Virus record (IMG/VR): IMGVR_UViG_3300000234_000005
Span: 1-61,910 of that record
Length of the DNA stretch: 61,910 nt
From: a virus
Taxonomy: Duplodnaviria > Caudoviricetes
Reading direction: 5' to 3' (one strand)
The notes beneath the pieces were generated by a model. The model did no database searches. It had not been told where the DNA came from and saw only the letters and a program-made list of their open reading frames with translations. The position numbers and the translations under genes are program-made. Numbering within the stretch: the first letter of the stretch is position 1; every line of letters starts with the position of its first letter. Shown piece by piece: positions 28,815-36,562 of this stretch.

Positions 28815-28917
28815 TAGAAAATTAACAGCAATTATTAATCGGTCATGGGTTCGAATCCCATTAGTAATTTATTACTATAGCTCAGTTGGTAGAGCACTTA
28901 GTTAACAATATTTTCTG
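28815..28917 (+). ncRNA. ACAGCAA-motif RNA 3: circularly permuted tRNA mimic (YrlA-like Y RNA)
   Basis: Closing stem TAGAAAAT/ATTTTCTG, motif TAACAGCAA, then T arm (28845-28861), loop-closed acceptor stem (28862-28877) and D arm (28880-28895). Confidence 0.8.
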
Positions 28918-28930
28918 TAGGACAATCACT

Positions 28931-30340
28931 ATGAACACTTTCGTATCCGCCATTGGCAAACCTGAATCTGGCAAAACCACCACAACTAATGATGCAATCA
29001 CTCGCAAAAGCTCCATGAGCCATCTTGTAGACTTCTTCTACTCAATGGGCGCATCTCGTAACAAAACCCCTCTCGAACGCTTTCAGGCGTTTCTACCAGC
29101 ATATCAATCCGAACCTAATCTAACTCTTCGCACACTTCTATACTTGCGCGACGTACGGGGCGGTATGGGTGAGCGTAATTATTTCCGTGAACTCCTAATC
29201 GAACTAACTCGACTTAATCAGGAAGACGCTCTAAAACTAATCCCACTAATTAAAGAAGTTGGTCGTGCTGATGATCTATTTTCATTTGTAGGAACACCCC
29301 TCGAACTTGAAGCTCTTACTGAATTTGTTACTCAACTTAAAGCTGGTAACAAGCTATTCTTCAAATGGACTCCACGCGAAAATTCATCTAAGCGCCAAAT
29401 TGCCAGCAAACTCCGCAAACAACTTGGCATGACACCTAAGCAATATCGCAAATTCTTAGTTGAGAACACCACAGTAGTTGAAACTCCTATGTGTGCTCGT
29501 AAATGGTCTGATATTGTATATTCTCATGTCCCAAGCCAAGCTGCTCGTATTTACTCGAAAGCATTCCTTAATCGTGATGCAGAACGCTATCAGTCATACT
29601 TAAAGGATGTAACTAATGGCAAATCAACTATTAATGCTTCAGCTATCTACCCTTATGAAGTAATCAAAGGAGCTAACACAGCCGATGCTACTGAGCAAAC
29701 TAGAATTGTAACCCAGTGGAATGCACTACCTAATTATCTACCAGAAATTAACGTATTGCCTATGATTGATACTTCCGGCTCGATGGATTGTCCTGCAGGC
29801 AAGACTTCCGTAACTTGTCTCGAAGTTGCCATATCCCTAGGACTTTATGTTGCTAGTAAGTCTAAAGGAGCATTCAAAGATGTTTACATGGAATTTTCTA
29901 ATGAATCAACTCTTCACAAAGTTGAAGGAGACATCATTACTAAAATCAAATCACTTAAAAGTATTATTGCCAATACTGACCTAATTGCCGCAATCATGAG
30001 TATCCTTAGTTTCGGTATCAAGAATAAAGTACCTAATGAGGAAATGCCCAAAATATTGTTAATTTTCAGTGACATGCAATTTGATGCTCACTCATTCAGG
30101 TACACAACTAATAAAGAAATCGGACTAATGTACAAAAAGGCTGGATATTCTATCCCATCTATTGTATATTGGAATCTTAACGATCGCTCAAATGTACCCG
30201 TCAAACAGGACAAGAAGGATGTAGCGTTAGTTTCAGGATTTAGTCCAGCCTTAATGAAGACTGTTCTCGAATCTATTGATGATCTAACACCTGAGGCAAC
30301 TATGTTCAGGGCAATCATGAACCCTCGTTATCAAGTTTAA
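28931..30340 (+). CDS. Ro60/TROVE-related protein with C-terminal vWA domain (DUF2828-type), 469 aa
   Basis: Start re-assigned to ATG 28931 (AGGA RBS); LRDVRGGMGER, GRADDL, KWTPRE, YSHVPS, IYPYE, MIDAS motif DTSGSM, SDMQFD, WNL, VSGFSP. Confidence 0.85.
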   Translation: MNTFVSAIGKPESGKTTTTNDAITRKSSMSHLVDFFYSMGASRNKTPLERFQAFLPAYQSEPNLTLRTLLYLRDVRGGMGERNYFRELLIELTRLNQEDALKLIPLIKEVGRADDLFSFVGTPLELEALTEFVTQLKAGNKLFFKWTPRENSSKRQIASKLRKQLGMTPKQYRKFLVENTTVVETPMCARKWSDIVYSHVPSQAARIYSKAFLNRDAERYQSYLKDVTNGKSTINASAIYPYEVIKGANTADATEQTRIVTQWNALPNYLPEINVLPMIDTSGSMDCPAGKTSVTCLEVAISLGLYVASKSKGAFKDVYMEFSNESTLHKVEGDIITKIKSLKSIIANTDLIAAIMSILSFGIKNKVPNEEMPKILLIFSDMQFDAHSFRYTTNKEIGLMYKKAGYSIPSIVYWNLNDRSNVPVKQDKKDVALVSGFSPALMKTVLESIDDLTPEATMFRAIMNPRYQV

Positions 30341-30347
30341 CCCGCAT

Positions 30348-30428
30348 TAGGATAGCTACAGCAACCCATTAACAAAGGTGTGAGTTTCGACAGGTCTCAC
30401 CATAAACAAAAAGTAGGAAGCTATCCTG
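30348..30428 (+). ncRNA. ACAGCAA-motif RNA 4 (downstream of the Ro60-like gene)
   Basis: Closing stem TAGGATAGC/GCTATCCTG, motif TACAGCAA, inner hairpin GTGAG/CTCAC with a TTCGA-containing loop. Confidence 0.65.
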
Positions 30429-30476
30429 TTTACGTTGGTTAAACTATCTGTAAATTCAGATACCAGTTTTATATTT

Positions 30477-30511
30477 GCGGATGTGGCGAAATCGGTATAC
30501 GCAAGAGACTT
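30477..30511 (+). pseudogene. 5' half of a tRNA-Leu interrupted in the anticodon loop
   Basis: GCGGATGTGGCGAAATCGGTATACGCAAGAGACTT then unrelated sequence; no 3' half found nearby. Confidence 0.65.
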
Positions 30512-30565
30512 CATCTTTTACATGAAACTAGTAATTATATAATTTATTTACAGGAGTATATATTT

Positions 30566-30730
30566 ATGAGAGAACTAACATGTAAGAATTGTGGTAATCC
30601 AAGAGAAGTTGGCAGAAGACTGTGCGCTAAATGTAATAGTCAGAGAGTGAACTCTTACCCTAGATATAAATGGACTAACTTATCTTTTTCTTTATTTCTT
30701 GTATTTATTTTTTCTTCAATATTTTCTTGA
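30566..30730 (+). pseudogene. Truncated zinc-finger (endonuclease N-terminus-like) ORF
   Basis: AGGAG RBS; MRELTCKNCG...LCAKCN, then a T-rich tail that looks like a junction with an oppositely oriented gene fragment. Confidence 0.4.
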
Positions 30731-30906
30731 ATAAAAACGTAATCAACTGCATCTTTTAATGTCATTTCCATAGTAAATTTCTCTTATAAATAATTTATAT
30801 ATCTATTATAGCAGAAACCTCAATAAACATCTTGAGTTTTTTGTAATGTATGTTAATATTTACATATTAAAATAATTAATTTATTTAATGACATTATCAA
30901 TTATTT

Positions 30907-30985
30907 GGGAGCTTAGCTTAATTGGTTAAAAGCAGTCGATCCATAATCGACAGAGTCTCGGGTTCGAATCCCAGAGCTCCTACCA
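30907..30985 (+). tRNA. tRNA with CAU anticodon (Ile2-like or Met), atypical anticodon loop
   Basis: Cloverleaf with stem GTCGA/TCGAC and loop TC-CAT-AA (U32, C33); bulged T stem; CCA end. Confidence 0.8.
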
Positions 30986-31025
30986 CATTCATATTTTCTA
31001 CGTTTAATTTAAACGTAACTTTTTT

Positions 31026-31070
31026 GCCCTTTTAGTGTAGTGGATTCGCGCACAGAGCTTCTACCTCTTT
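31026..31070 (+). pseudogene. Truncated tRNA-Arg(UCU)-like fragment
   Basis: D arm GTGT/GCAC and AGAG-CTTCTAC-CTCT present; T arm and 3' acceptor strand missing. Confidence 0.45.
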
Positions 31071-31082
31071 AGGCCAGAATAT

Positions 31083-31170
31083 TTAGTCCTATAATACCTC
31101 ACCCGTCTTCTAAGCGGCCATTAAACGAGTAAATGTAGTATGTTGGTTCAAACCCAATCTACAGGACTAA
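31083..31170 (+). ncRNA. Non-canonical tRNA-like RNA (acceptor stem, T arm and UCU anticodon hairpin, no D arm)
   Basis: TTAGTCCT/AGGACTAA closing stem, ATAC/GTAT and CTC/GAG stems, CCGT-CTTCTAA-GCGG, TTGG-TTCAAAC-CCAA. Confidence 0.5.
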
Positions 31171-31213
31171 GTGTTTTAGCTACCTGCACTTTCAACAAAC
31201 AACGAGAAATCTC

Positions 31214-31471
31214 ATGGCTCTTTTTAATGTTCATGTTCAGCTCAATACCATTATGGTTGTCGAGGCAGGTGATGACGAAAAAGCAATCGAAGTCGCCCAA
31301 AATCATTGGGATGACGCCGTGCATGATGCCAACACCAAACCTGATGTGCATGTAACGGGTGAAGTATCAAGTACACTTGACTTGTGTGATGGATGGACGG
31401 AAGACTGTATTCCTTATGGCGGTGATGGCTGTACTAGTTTAAAAGACATAATTACGCCTAAAAGCAGTTAA
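31214..31471 (+). CDS. Hypothetical acidic protein
   Basis: 85 aa, GAG RBS, GW...CIPYGGDG motif. Confidence 0.65.
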   Translation: MALFNVHVQLNTIMVVEAGDDEKAIEVAQNHWDDAVHDANTKPDVHVTGEVSSTLDLCDGWTEDCIPYGGDGCTSLKDIITPKSS

Positions 31472-31533
31472 ACATATTTAATTACTTATGTTATACACTA
31501 TACACCATTCAAAATTAAGTAAGAGTACTTTCT

Positions 31534-31815
31534 ATGTTTGCTGTTTTAAACGCTATGCCCGACGATTATCTTTATGAAAAACATGTCTGCTTTTACACAG
31601 AGCCTTTAAATTCTTTTAAAAGCCAAGACTGTCTTCAGTTAATAGAAATTGTATTGGTAGGGTATCGTCACCCTGAAGCTCCTGATGTCGCCATCATCGA
31701 ATGTCTCGAAAGAAGATACTGTCATGAACAACCAAGAACCAATCTAAAAGCGGCTCCATTAGTTTTATTAGAAGCAGCTCAAAAACTTAAATTTAGTACA
31801 AACGAAGATAGCTAA
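31534..31815 (+). CDS. Hypothetical protein
   Basis: 93 aa ORF in the co-oriented run. Confidence 0.55.
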   Translation: MFAVLNAMPDDYLYEKHVCFYTEPLNSFKSQDCLQLIEIVLVGYRHPEAPDVAIIECLERRYCHEQPRTNLKAAPLVLLEAAQKLKFSTNEDS

Positions 31816-31866
31816 TTATTGACAAATAATTTTTTTAGCTGCACAATGTACATATAAACGTTTTAC

Positions 31867-31945
31867 CTGTGTGTACGTCAATTGGGAGACTACCCCCTTC
31901 TTTGGAAGCGGGAAGCTGCTGGTTCAAGTCCAGTCGCACAGACCA
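31867..31945 (+). tRNA. tRNA-Pro(UGG), irregular or possibly degenerate
   Basis: Acceptor CTGTGTG/CGCACAG-A-CCA, loop TT-TGG-AA, T arm intact; extra Cs and a mismatch in the anticodon stem. Confidence 0.7.
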
Positions 31946-31950
31946 ATTTT

Positions 31951-32027
31951 GCGGATATAGCCCAATAGGCAGAGGCATGAGACTTAAAATCTCACAAGTG
32001 TGGGTTCGAATCCCACTATCCGTACCA
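31951..32027 (+). tRNA. tRNA-Leu(UAA) with short variable loop
   Basis: TGAGA-CTTAAAA-TCTCA, GTGGG-TTCGAAT-CCCAC, ACCA end. Confidence 0.9.
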
Positions 32028-32106
32028 CTAAAAGACATGAAGGCGAACTAGCTAGCATAACTAAGTAGTGCTACAAGGCTTCATTCACTGCAAATTTTGC
32101 TACTTA

Positions 32107-32417
32107 CTTAACTGTAGGGGCAAATCGCCAGTTGTATCCAATACCACGTATCGTGTAATCGTGGGGCGTCAACACACGCACGAAACGTTTCTTGGACAAC
32201 GTAAACCAAGACCTTGCTAGATAAGGTACATGAATAAGTGAAGATTCTAGCCTAACTTTACATAATATAGAACCCGCCCTGCTGAACATTCCTTATCCCC
32301 TTGGAATGAATGCACACTGCGGCGTAAAGTGGAAAAAATGTTTTGCTGTTTGGATTTTTTTCTGGTCATATAAAACGCCCTATACCGTCAGGTGATGGTC
32401 ATGTTCGTACAGTTGAG
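32107..32417 (+). ncRNA. Unidentified ~310-nt structured RNA with tandem pseudoknots
   Basis: Terminal stem CTTAACTGTA/TACAGTTGAG, nested helices and three consecutive H-type pseudoknots; no convincing ORF; followed by a terminator. Confidence 0.65.
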
Positions 32418-32440
32418 GGGCTGTTTCTAACATGTTATTT

Positions 32441-32470
32441 AAAGACTCAGAAATGAGTCTTTTTATTTTT
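32441..32470 (+). terminator. Rho-independent terminator ending the tRNA/ncRNA cluster
   Basis: AAAGACTC/GAGTCTTT stem and T-run. Confidence 0.8.
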
Positions 32471-32553
32471 ATGACAATTGAAATATGCTCATTGATTTCA
32501 AGAGTTCATCTCAATTATTAACAAAAGTATCAAACATTTACTTATAAACTAAC

Positions 32554-32925
32554 ATGAATCAATACTTCAACTTTTTTAACTTAACCACTTTCTTCTTTGG
32601 TATGCTATGGCTATTTATCGGTGCATACAACCAAGTAGCCCCTGACTGGGATTACAGTATCAGTATCATTATGGGCTTATGGGCATACATCACAGCACCA
32701 TTAGCTATTAATTGGCTAAAAACTAAAGAACCCAAATTAGTTATCAGTGCTTTACTACTTACTTATTTAGGTGTTGATGGTTGGTATTTTTTGTACTGGA
32801 GCTATGTAAACCCTTCAGCACTATTCATGAGAGAAGTACAGTGGTTTCCTTCTCTACTGCTTTATACCCTAGCAGGAATTATCTGGGGAGCTTCTTCACT
32901 TTTTACCAAAGAGGTGAGAAGCTAA
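32554..32925 (+). CDS. Integral membrane hypothetical protein
   Basis: Four hydrophobic segments, APDWD motif. Confidence 0.7.
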   Translation: MNQYFNFFNLTTFFFGMLWLFIGAYNQVAPDWDYSISIIMGLWAYITAPLAINWLKTKEPKLVISALLLTYLGVDGWYFLYWSYVNPSALFMREVQWFPSLLLYTLAGIIWGASSLFTKEVRS

Positions 32926-33267
32926 TCCTTCCCCCAATCCCATAAATCCTTGTGCAGCTTGTGCTAAAGAAGGCTGTGATCTACTTTTAGTAGTACCAGC
33001 AACTTTAGCTGCTTGATAGCCCGGAATCAGTGCTACTAATCCTAAACTAGCCAAAGGATCTTCTTTTGCCAATTCTCTTGCAAAAGCTCTATGCTCGTAT
33101 TTAGCAATTGTATCTTGCGAAGCTTGATCCTTGGTATGTTCTCTCATTTCATACAGACTAGCATGGGGCATAGTTGCTAATTCATCGCCACTATATGCTT
33201 TATTCCCGTCTTGCACAGAATCTCTACCATTTATCTTACCTGCATATCTTATATTATCCATTATCAA
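32896..33267 (-). CDS. Hypothetical protein on the late strand
   Basis: 123 aa convergent ORF (YEHRAFARE...IPGYQAAK); AGGA RBS upstream of the start. Confidence 0.65.
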   Translation of the reverse strand: MIMDNIRYAGKINGRDSVQDGNKAYSGDELATMPHASLYEMREHTKDQASQDTIAKYEHRAFARELAKEDPLASLGLVALIPGYQAAKVAGTTKSRSQPSLAQAAQGFMGLGEGLASHLFGKK

Positions 33268-33334
33268 TTCCTACTTCAACTATTACCAATAATACATTAT
33301 TTTACCTGTATATTAATAATTTAACAAGAGCATA

Positions 33335-33529
33335 TTGAACCTACATGAGTACCTAATTATGAAATACACTCCCGAACAGCTCAAAGAAATGGCTTTAGCT
33401 TTTTTATTTGAGTATAATTCAAATAGCCCAAAAGCAGACATAATGTTAATGATTTTATCTCAAGCAACAGGAATGCACCCACAACAAATTATTGCTAACA
33501 TTCAATTCTTAGCTCGTCAGGAAGTTTAA
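33335..33529 (+). CDS. Hypothetical protein
   Basis: Short ORF; true start may be the internal ATG (MKYTPEQL). Confidence 0.5.
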   Translation: MNLHEYLIMKYTPEQLKEMALAFLFEYNSNSPKADIMLMILSQATGMHPQQIIANIQFLARQEV

Positions 33530-33530
33530 T

Positions 33531-33743
33531 ATGAAATTAAAACCAGAAGTACCAACTACTTTTACTGTAGAACTTACTAAAGATGAAATTACACTTATTC
33601 GTGAAATTACACAAAATGCGTTAAATATTAATGAAGATGAAAATCAAAGTAAGACTAGGCTTTCATTATTTATTGGTGCATCCAAAATCTTAGGATTTGA
33701 CATGAATGATGATGGAAGTATTAATAGGACTTCAAAATTATGA
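33531..33743 (+). CDS. Hypothetical protein
   Basis: 70 aa, coupled to the upstream ORF. Confidence 0.6.
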   Translation: MKLKPEVPTTFTVELTKDEITLIREITQNALNINEDENQSKTRLSLFIGASKILGFDMNDDGSINRTSKL

Positions 33744-33833
33744 TTAAACTTTTTTTCAATAATGTTCAAGTACCGCATGAAAGTAATGGAATTAGTAATA
33801 TTATAACTATTAAATGTATTCAAGCTAAATTAA

Positions 33834-34166
33834 ATGAAAATCAAAACTTCTGAACTATCTGGGATAGCCCTTGATTGGGCTGTGGCTAAATGCGAAGGAC
33901 TTGAAAAAGTTTTTTATCAAGAGGATGAATCATGCCTTGTAAAGTTCCAACCATCAACTAATTGGTCGCAAGGAGGGTCAATTATTGAACGTGAACAAAT
34001 CAATATTACTACTTTACACACATATAAATTCCAATGGCAGGCTTATTCAGACACCCCAAACTCGCATATGCTAAATGCTGCTCCTCTTATCGCAGCTATG
34101 CGTTGCTATGTTCAATTAAAACTTGGTGATGAAATAGATGTTCCTGACGAGTTTATTAGCAAATAA
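33834..34166 (+). CDS. NinX/DUF2591-like protein
   Basis: SELSG.ALDWAVAKCEG...PSTNWSQGG.IIERE.I...PLIAAMRCYV..KLGDE. Confidence 0.8.
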   Translation: MKIKTSELSGIALDWAVAKCEGLEKVFYQEDESCLVKFQPSTNWSQGGSIIEREQINITTLHTYKFQWQAYSDTPNSHMLNAAPLIAAMRCYVQLKLGDEIDVPDEFISK

Positions 34167-34171
34167 TTATT

Positions 34172-34678
34172 ATGCTAAATCATCTAAAATCAAGATTCTT
34201 TTTTCATAATATTCCATTTGATAAAGAATCAGCCATATTTTATTTATATGATTTCGGTGGAAATCTATCAGGCTACCAAAAATACACCCCTTCAGCGCCT
34301 AAAAGCAGATCAAATAATGGTAGATATTTTACTTATGTATCCCCAAACAGGATTGCTGTATGGGGATTGCAGTATGCCTATCCTACCAAACTAATGATAA
34401 TTACTGAAGGGGTATTTAAATCTTGTAGATTCAATAACTACAACATTAATTCTATTGCTGTATTGGGTAATAACCCATTACAACTACGTGAGCAACTTAA
34501 ACTACTATCTCTTCAATACAAAATAGTAATTATTCCTGATCCAGATAAGGCAGGAACTAAACTTTTACAATTTAGTGACAATTTTATTATTCCTACAAAA
34601 CCAGTAGATGATATGAATGAATCTGAATTTGAATCACTACTTCAACAAATTTATAACTTAACCGAGGCTAAACCATGA
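34172..34678 (+). CDS. Stand-alone Toprim-domain (primase-like) protein
   Basis: ITEGVF, IAVLG, D.DKAG motifs. Confidence 0.7.
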   Translation: MLNHLKSRFFFHNIPFDKESAIFYLYDFGGNLSGYQKYTPSAPKSRSNNGRYFTYVSPNRIAVWGLQYAYPTKLMIITEGVFKSCRFNNYNINSIAVLGNNPLQLREQLKLLSLQYKIVIIPDPDKAGTKLLQFSDNFIIPTKPVDDMNESEFESLLQQIYNLTEAKP

Positions 34679-34836
34679 ACGCTAAAACTGTAACTTGCAC
34701 CTGCCAACACCCACAACAAGATGCTATCCACGGCAAAAATCACCGTGTAGCTAACCTTACTACTAAAGCAGCCCCTATTGACAAAGTAGTAGTTCGTTGC
34801 ACAGTATGCAACAAAGAAACAACTATTAACAAATAA
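34675..34836 (+). CDS. Small zinc-ribbon protein (53 aa)
   Basis: GAGG RBS; CTC...QD.IHG...RV.N...RCTVC; below the ORF-track cutoff. Confidence 0.6.
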   Translation: MNAKTVTCTCQHPQQDAIHGKNHRVANLTTKAAPIDKVVVRCTVCNKETTINK

Positions 34837-34838
34837 CT

Positions 34839-35927
34839 ATGAACATATCCGAACTATCAGAAGCTATTGCCCGTGACGAAATTCGTGTTAAAACCGAAAT
34901 CGTCGACGGTCAAGAATTCCGTATTGTCTGCTATATGATCGCTTCTCCCGACCTTTGGGACGTTCCAAATGCACTTGAGTGTCGTGGTATCACTTTTGAC
35001 TCTGAAGGCAACTGCGTCTGTCGTACGATGGAGAAATTCTTTAACATCAACGAAAATAAACATAGCCAACTAAGTGATCTTGATTTCAATCATGCTTTAG
35101 CATTTGACAAACTTGATGGTTCTATGATTTCCATCGTGCGAGTAAATAACAAACTCTATTGCAAAACTAAGAAATCATTCTATTCTTCAGTAGCACTATC
35201 AGCCCAAAAATATTTTGATACCCAACCTAATCTTCAAGCACTATCCAATTATATGATTGATAGGGGTTGGACTCCAACATTTGAATATGAGTCACCAGAA
35301 ACTCAAATTGTTATTCAGCAAACTGAACAAAAAATGAGTTTACTATTAGCTAGAAATATTGTTTCAGGTACATACCTGCCAAATGATGACTTAGTTATTT
35401 TAGCTAATTGGCAGCATACTCCAATTCCTGGATGGTCAAACGTAACTAACATCCTCAATCTAATTGCATTAGCTAAGGAAGCAGTTGGTGTTGAAGGTTG
35501 GGTCATACAGTTACAATCTGGAGTTCGTGTCAAACTCAAGACTGATTGGTATCTCAAACTTCATCGTTTAACGGATTATACTGAACGCAGTATTTTCGAT
35601 TTAATTATTGCCGAAGAAATTGATGATCTCATGCCTTTACTCGAAACTCGTGAAGGTGCAGTAGATAAAATAAACTCAATTTCACATCGTATCGCATATC
35701 TAATGAAACAAGCTGCAATTGATACTGCGCACCTAATCCAACTTTGGCATAGAGATAATTTATCTTTACCAGATATTGGTAAATGCTATTCACAGCACTC
35801 AGCATTTTCGTTAGCTATTATGGTATACAAAAATAGAGAACCTGATTTCAAAACTTTCATAATTAAAAACTATCGTAACCAATTCACCACCACTCCTTTA
35901 TTTTGGGGATTTGAAGTTGAAGCATGA
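34839..35927 (+). CDS. rnl1: RNA ligase 1 (T4 Rnl1/gp63 family)
   Basis: ECRG, KFFN, motif I KLDGS, TPTFE, EGWV, KLKT.WY...H. Confidence 0.9.
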   Translation: MNISELSEAIARDEIRVKTEIVDGQEFRIVCYMIASPDLWDVPNALECRGITFDSEGNCVCRTMEKFFNINENKHSQLSDLDFNHALAFDKLDGSMISIVRVNNKLYCKTKKSFYSSVALSAQKYFDTQPNLQALSNYMIDRGWTPTFEYESPETQIVIQQTEQKMSLLLARNIVSGTYLPNDDLVILANWQHTPIPGWSNVTNILNLIALAKEAVGVEGWVIQLQSGVRVKLKTDWYLKLHRLTDYTERSIFDLIIAEEIDDLMPLLETREGAVDKINSISHRIAYLMKQAAIDTAHLIQLWHRDNLSLPDIGKCYSQHSAFSLAIMVYKNREPDFKTFIIKNYRNQFTTTPLFWGFEVEA

Positions 35928-36561
35928 GGAACAACTAATGAATAACTGGCTTGACACCTCTTGGAGTAGTACCAAATTTGCTTATTGGTTACGTAATGTA
36001 CCATTTAACCATCCTGACCCAAAAGTGTACGTAGAAGCCAATAACAATTCAATGCTGCGCTACCCTTTTCGTTATTGGCTTAGTACTATTGCAATTGATA
36101 CGTTGCAAGATATTTTATCTATGCCAATTGATTTTTTCAATAACATTAAGTATTATATCAATAACCGATGGATCACTAAAACACATACTTTATCATCACC
36201 ACAGCTTAAAGTCGGTCAATGGCACGAATTAGATGATCGTATTCTTTACACTGTCATGGATTCTTTTGTAGAATTTTGTCTTAATGAATTATTGTATAGT
36301 ACGGACACTAGTTATAAAACTAAAGAAGAAAAGTTACTTGAATTTTTCAATACCACTAGATTACAATCAAATTCAGGTGATAAATACGCAGAAGTTATTC
36401 AAGAATTTGAAACAATTTACTCTTGGTGGACTGCTATTCGACCACTTCGAGAATACATTTACATAAATTCTTCTTACTACGAAACTATTGAACAGTATAA
36501 TAAAGAAGACGATGAAATGTTACTTCGCCTTATCAAAATTCGTTCAAACTTATGGAGTTAA
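35911..36561 (+). CDS. Hypothetical phage protein
   Basis: GQW.E.D.RIL...Y.WW...RP...D.EML.RLIKIR..LW pattern. Confidence 0.7.
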   Translation: MKLKHEEQLMNNWLDTSWSSTKFAYWLRNVPFNHPDPKVYVEANNNSMLRYPFRYWLSTIAIDTLQDILSMPIDFFNNIKYYINNRWITKTHTLSSPQLKVGQWHELDDRILYTVMDSFVEFCLNELLYSTDTSYKTKEEKLLEFFNTTRLQSNSGDKYAEVIQEFETIYSWWTAIRPLREYIYINSSYYETIEQYNKEDDEMLLRLIKIRSNLWS

Positions 36562-36562
36562 A

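Noticed and set aside
28695-28917. CRISPR array interpretation of the TAACAGCAA repeats
   Set aside because: The conserved part is only about 9 nt, unit lengths vary from 46 to 103 nt, each unit is closed by its own stem, and no cas operon is present.
28886-28930. ORF-track N-terminal extension of the Ro60-like gene
   Set aside because: It overlaps the D arm and closing stem of the RNA; ATG 28931 has an RBS.
32037-32084. Small two-stem structure (ATGAAG/CTTCAT, TAGCAT/GTGCTA) after tRNA-Leu
   Set aside because: Single copy with short stems; it cannot be told from chance or from a leader of the downstream RNA.
31835-32289. Short ORFs overlapping the tRNA-Pro, tRNA-Leu and the structured RNA
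   Set aside because: Better explained by the RNA genes.
32107-32417. tmRNA or RNase P RNA call (GGGGC near the start, pseudoknots)
   Set aside because: No T arm, CCA end, alanine acceptor stem or clear tag frame, and no RNase P consensus was recognised; kept as an unidentified RNA.
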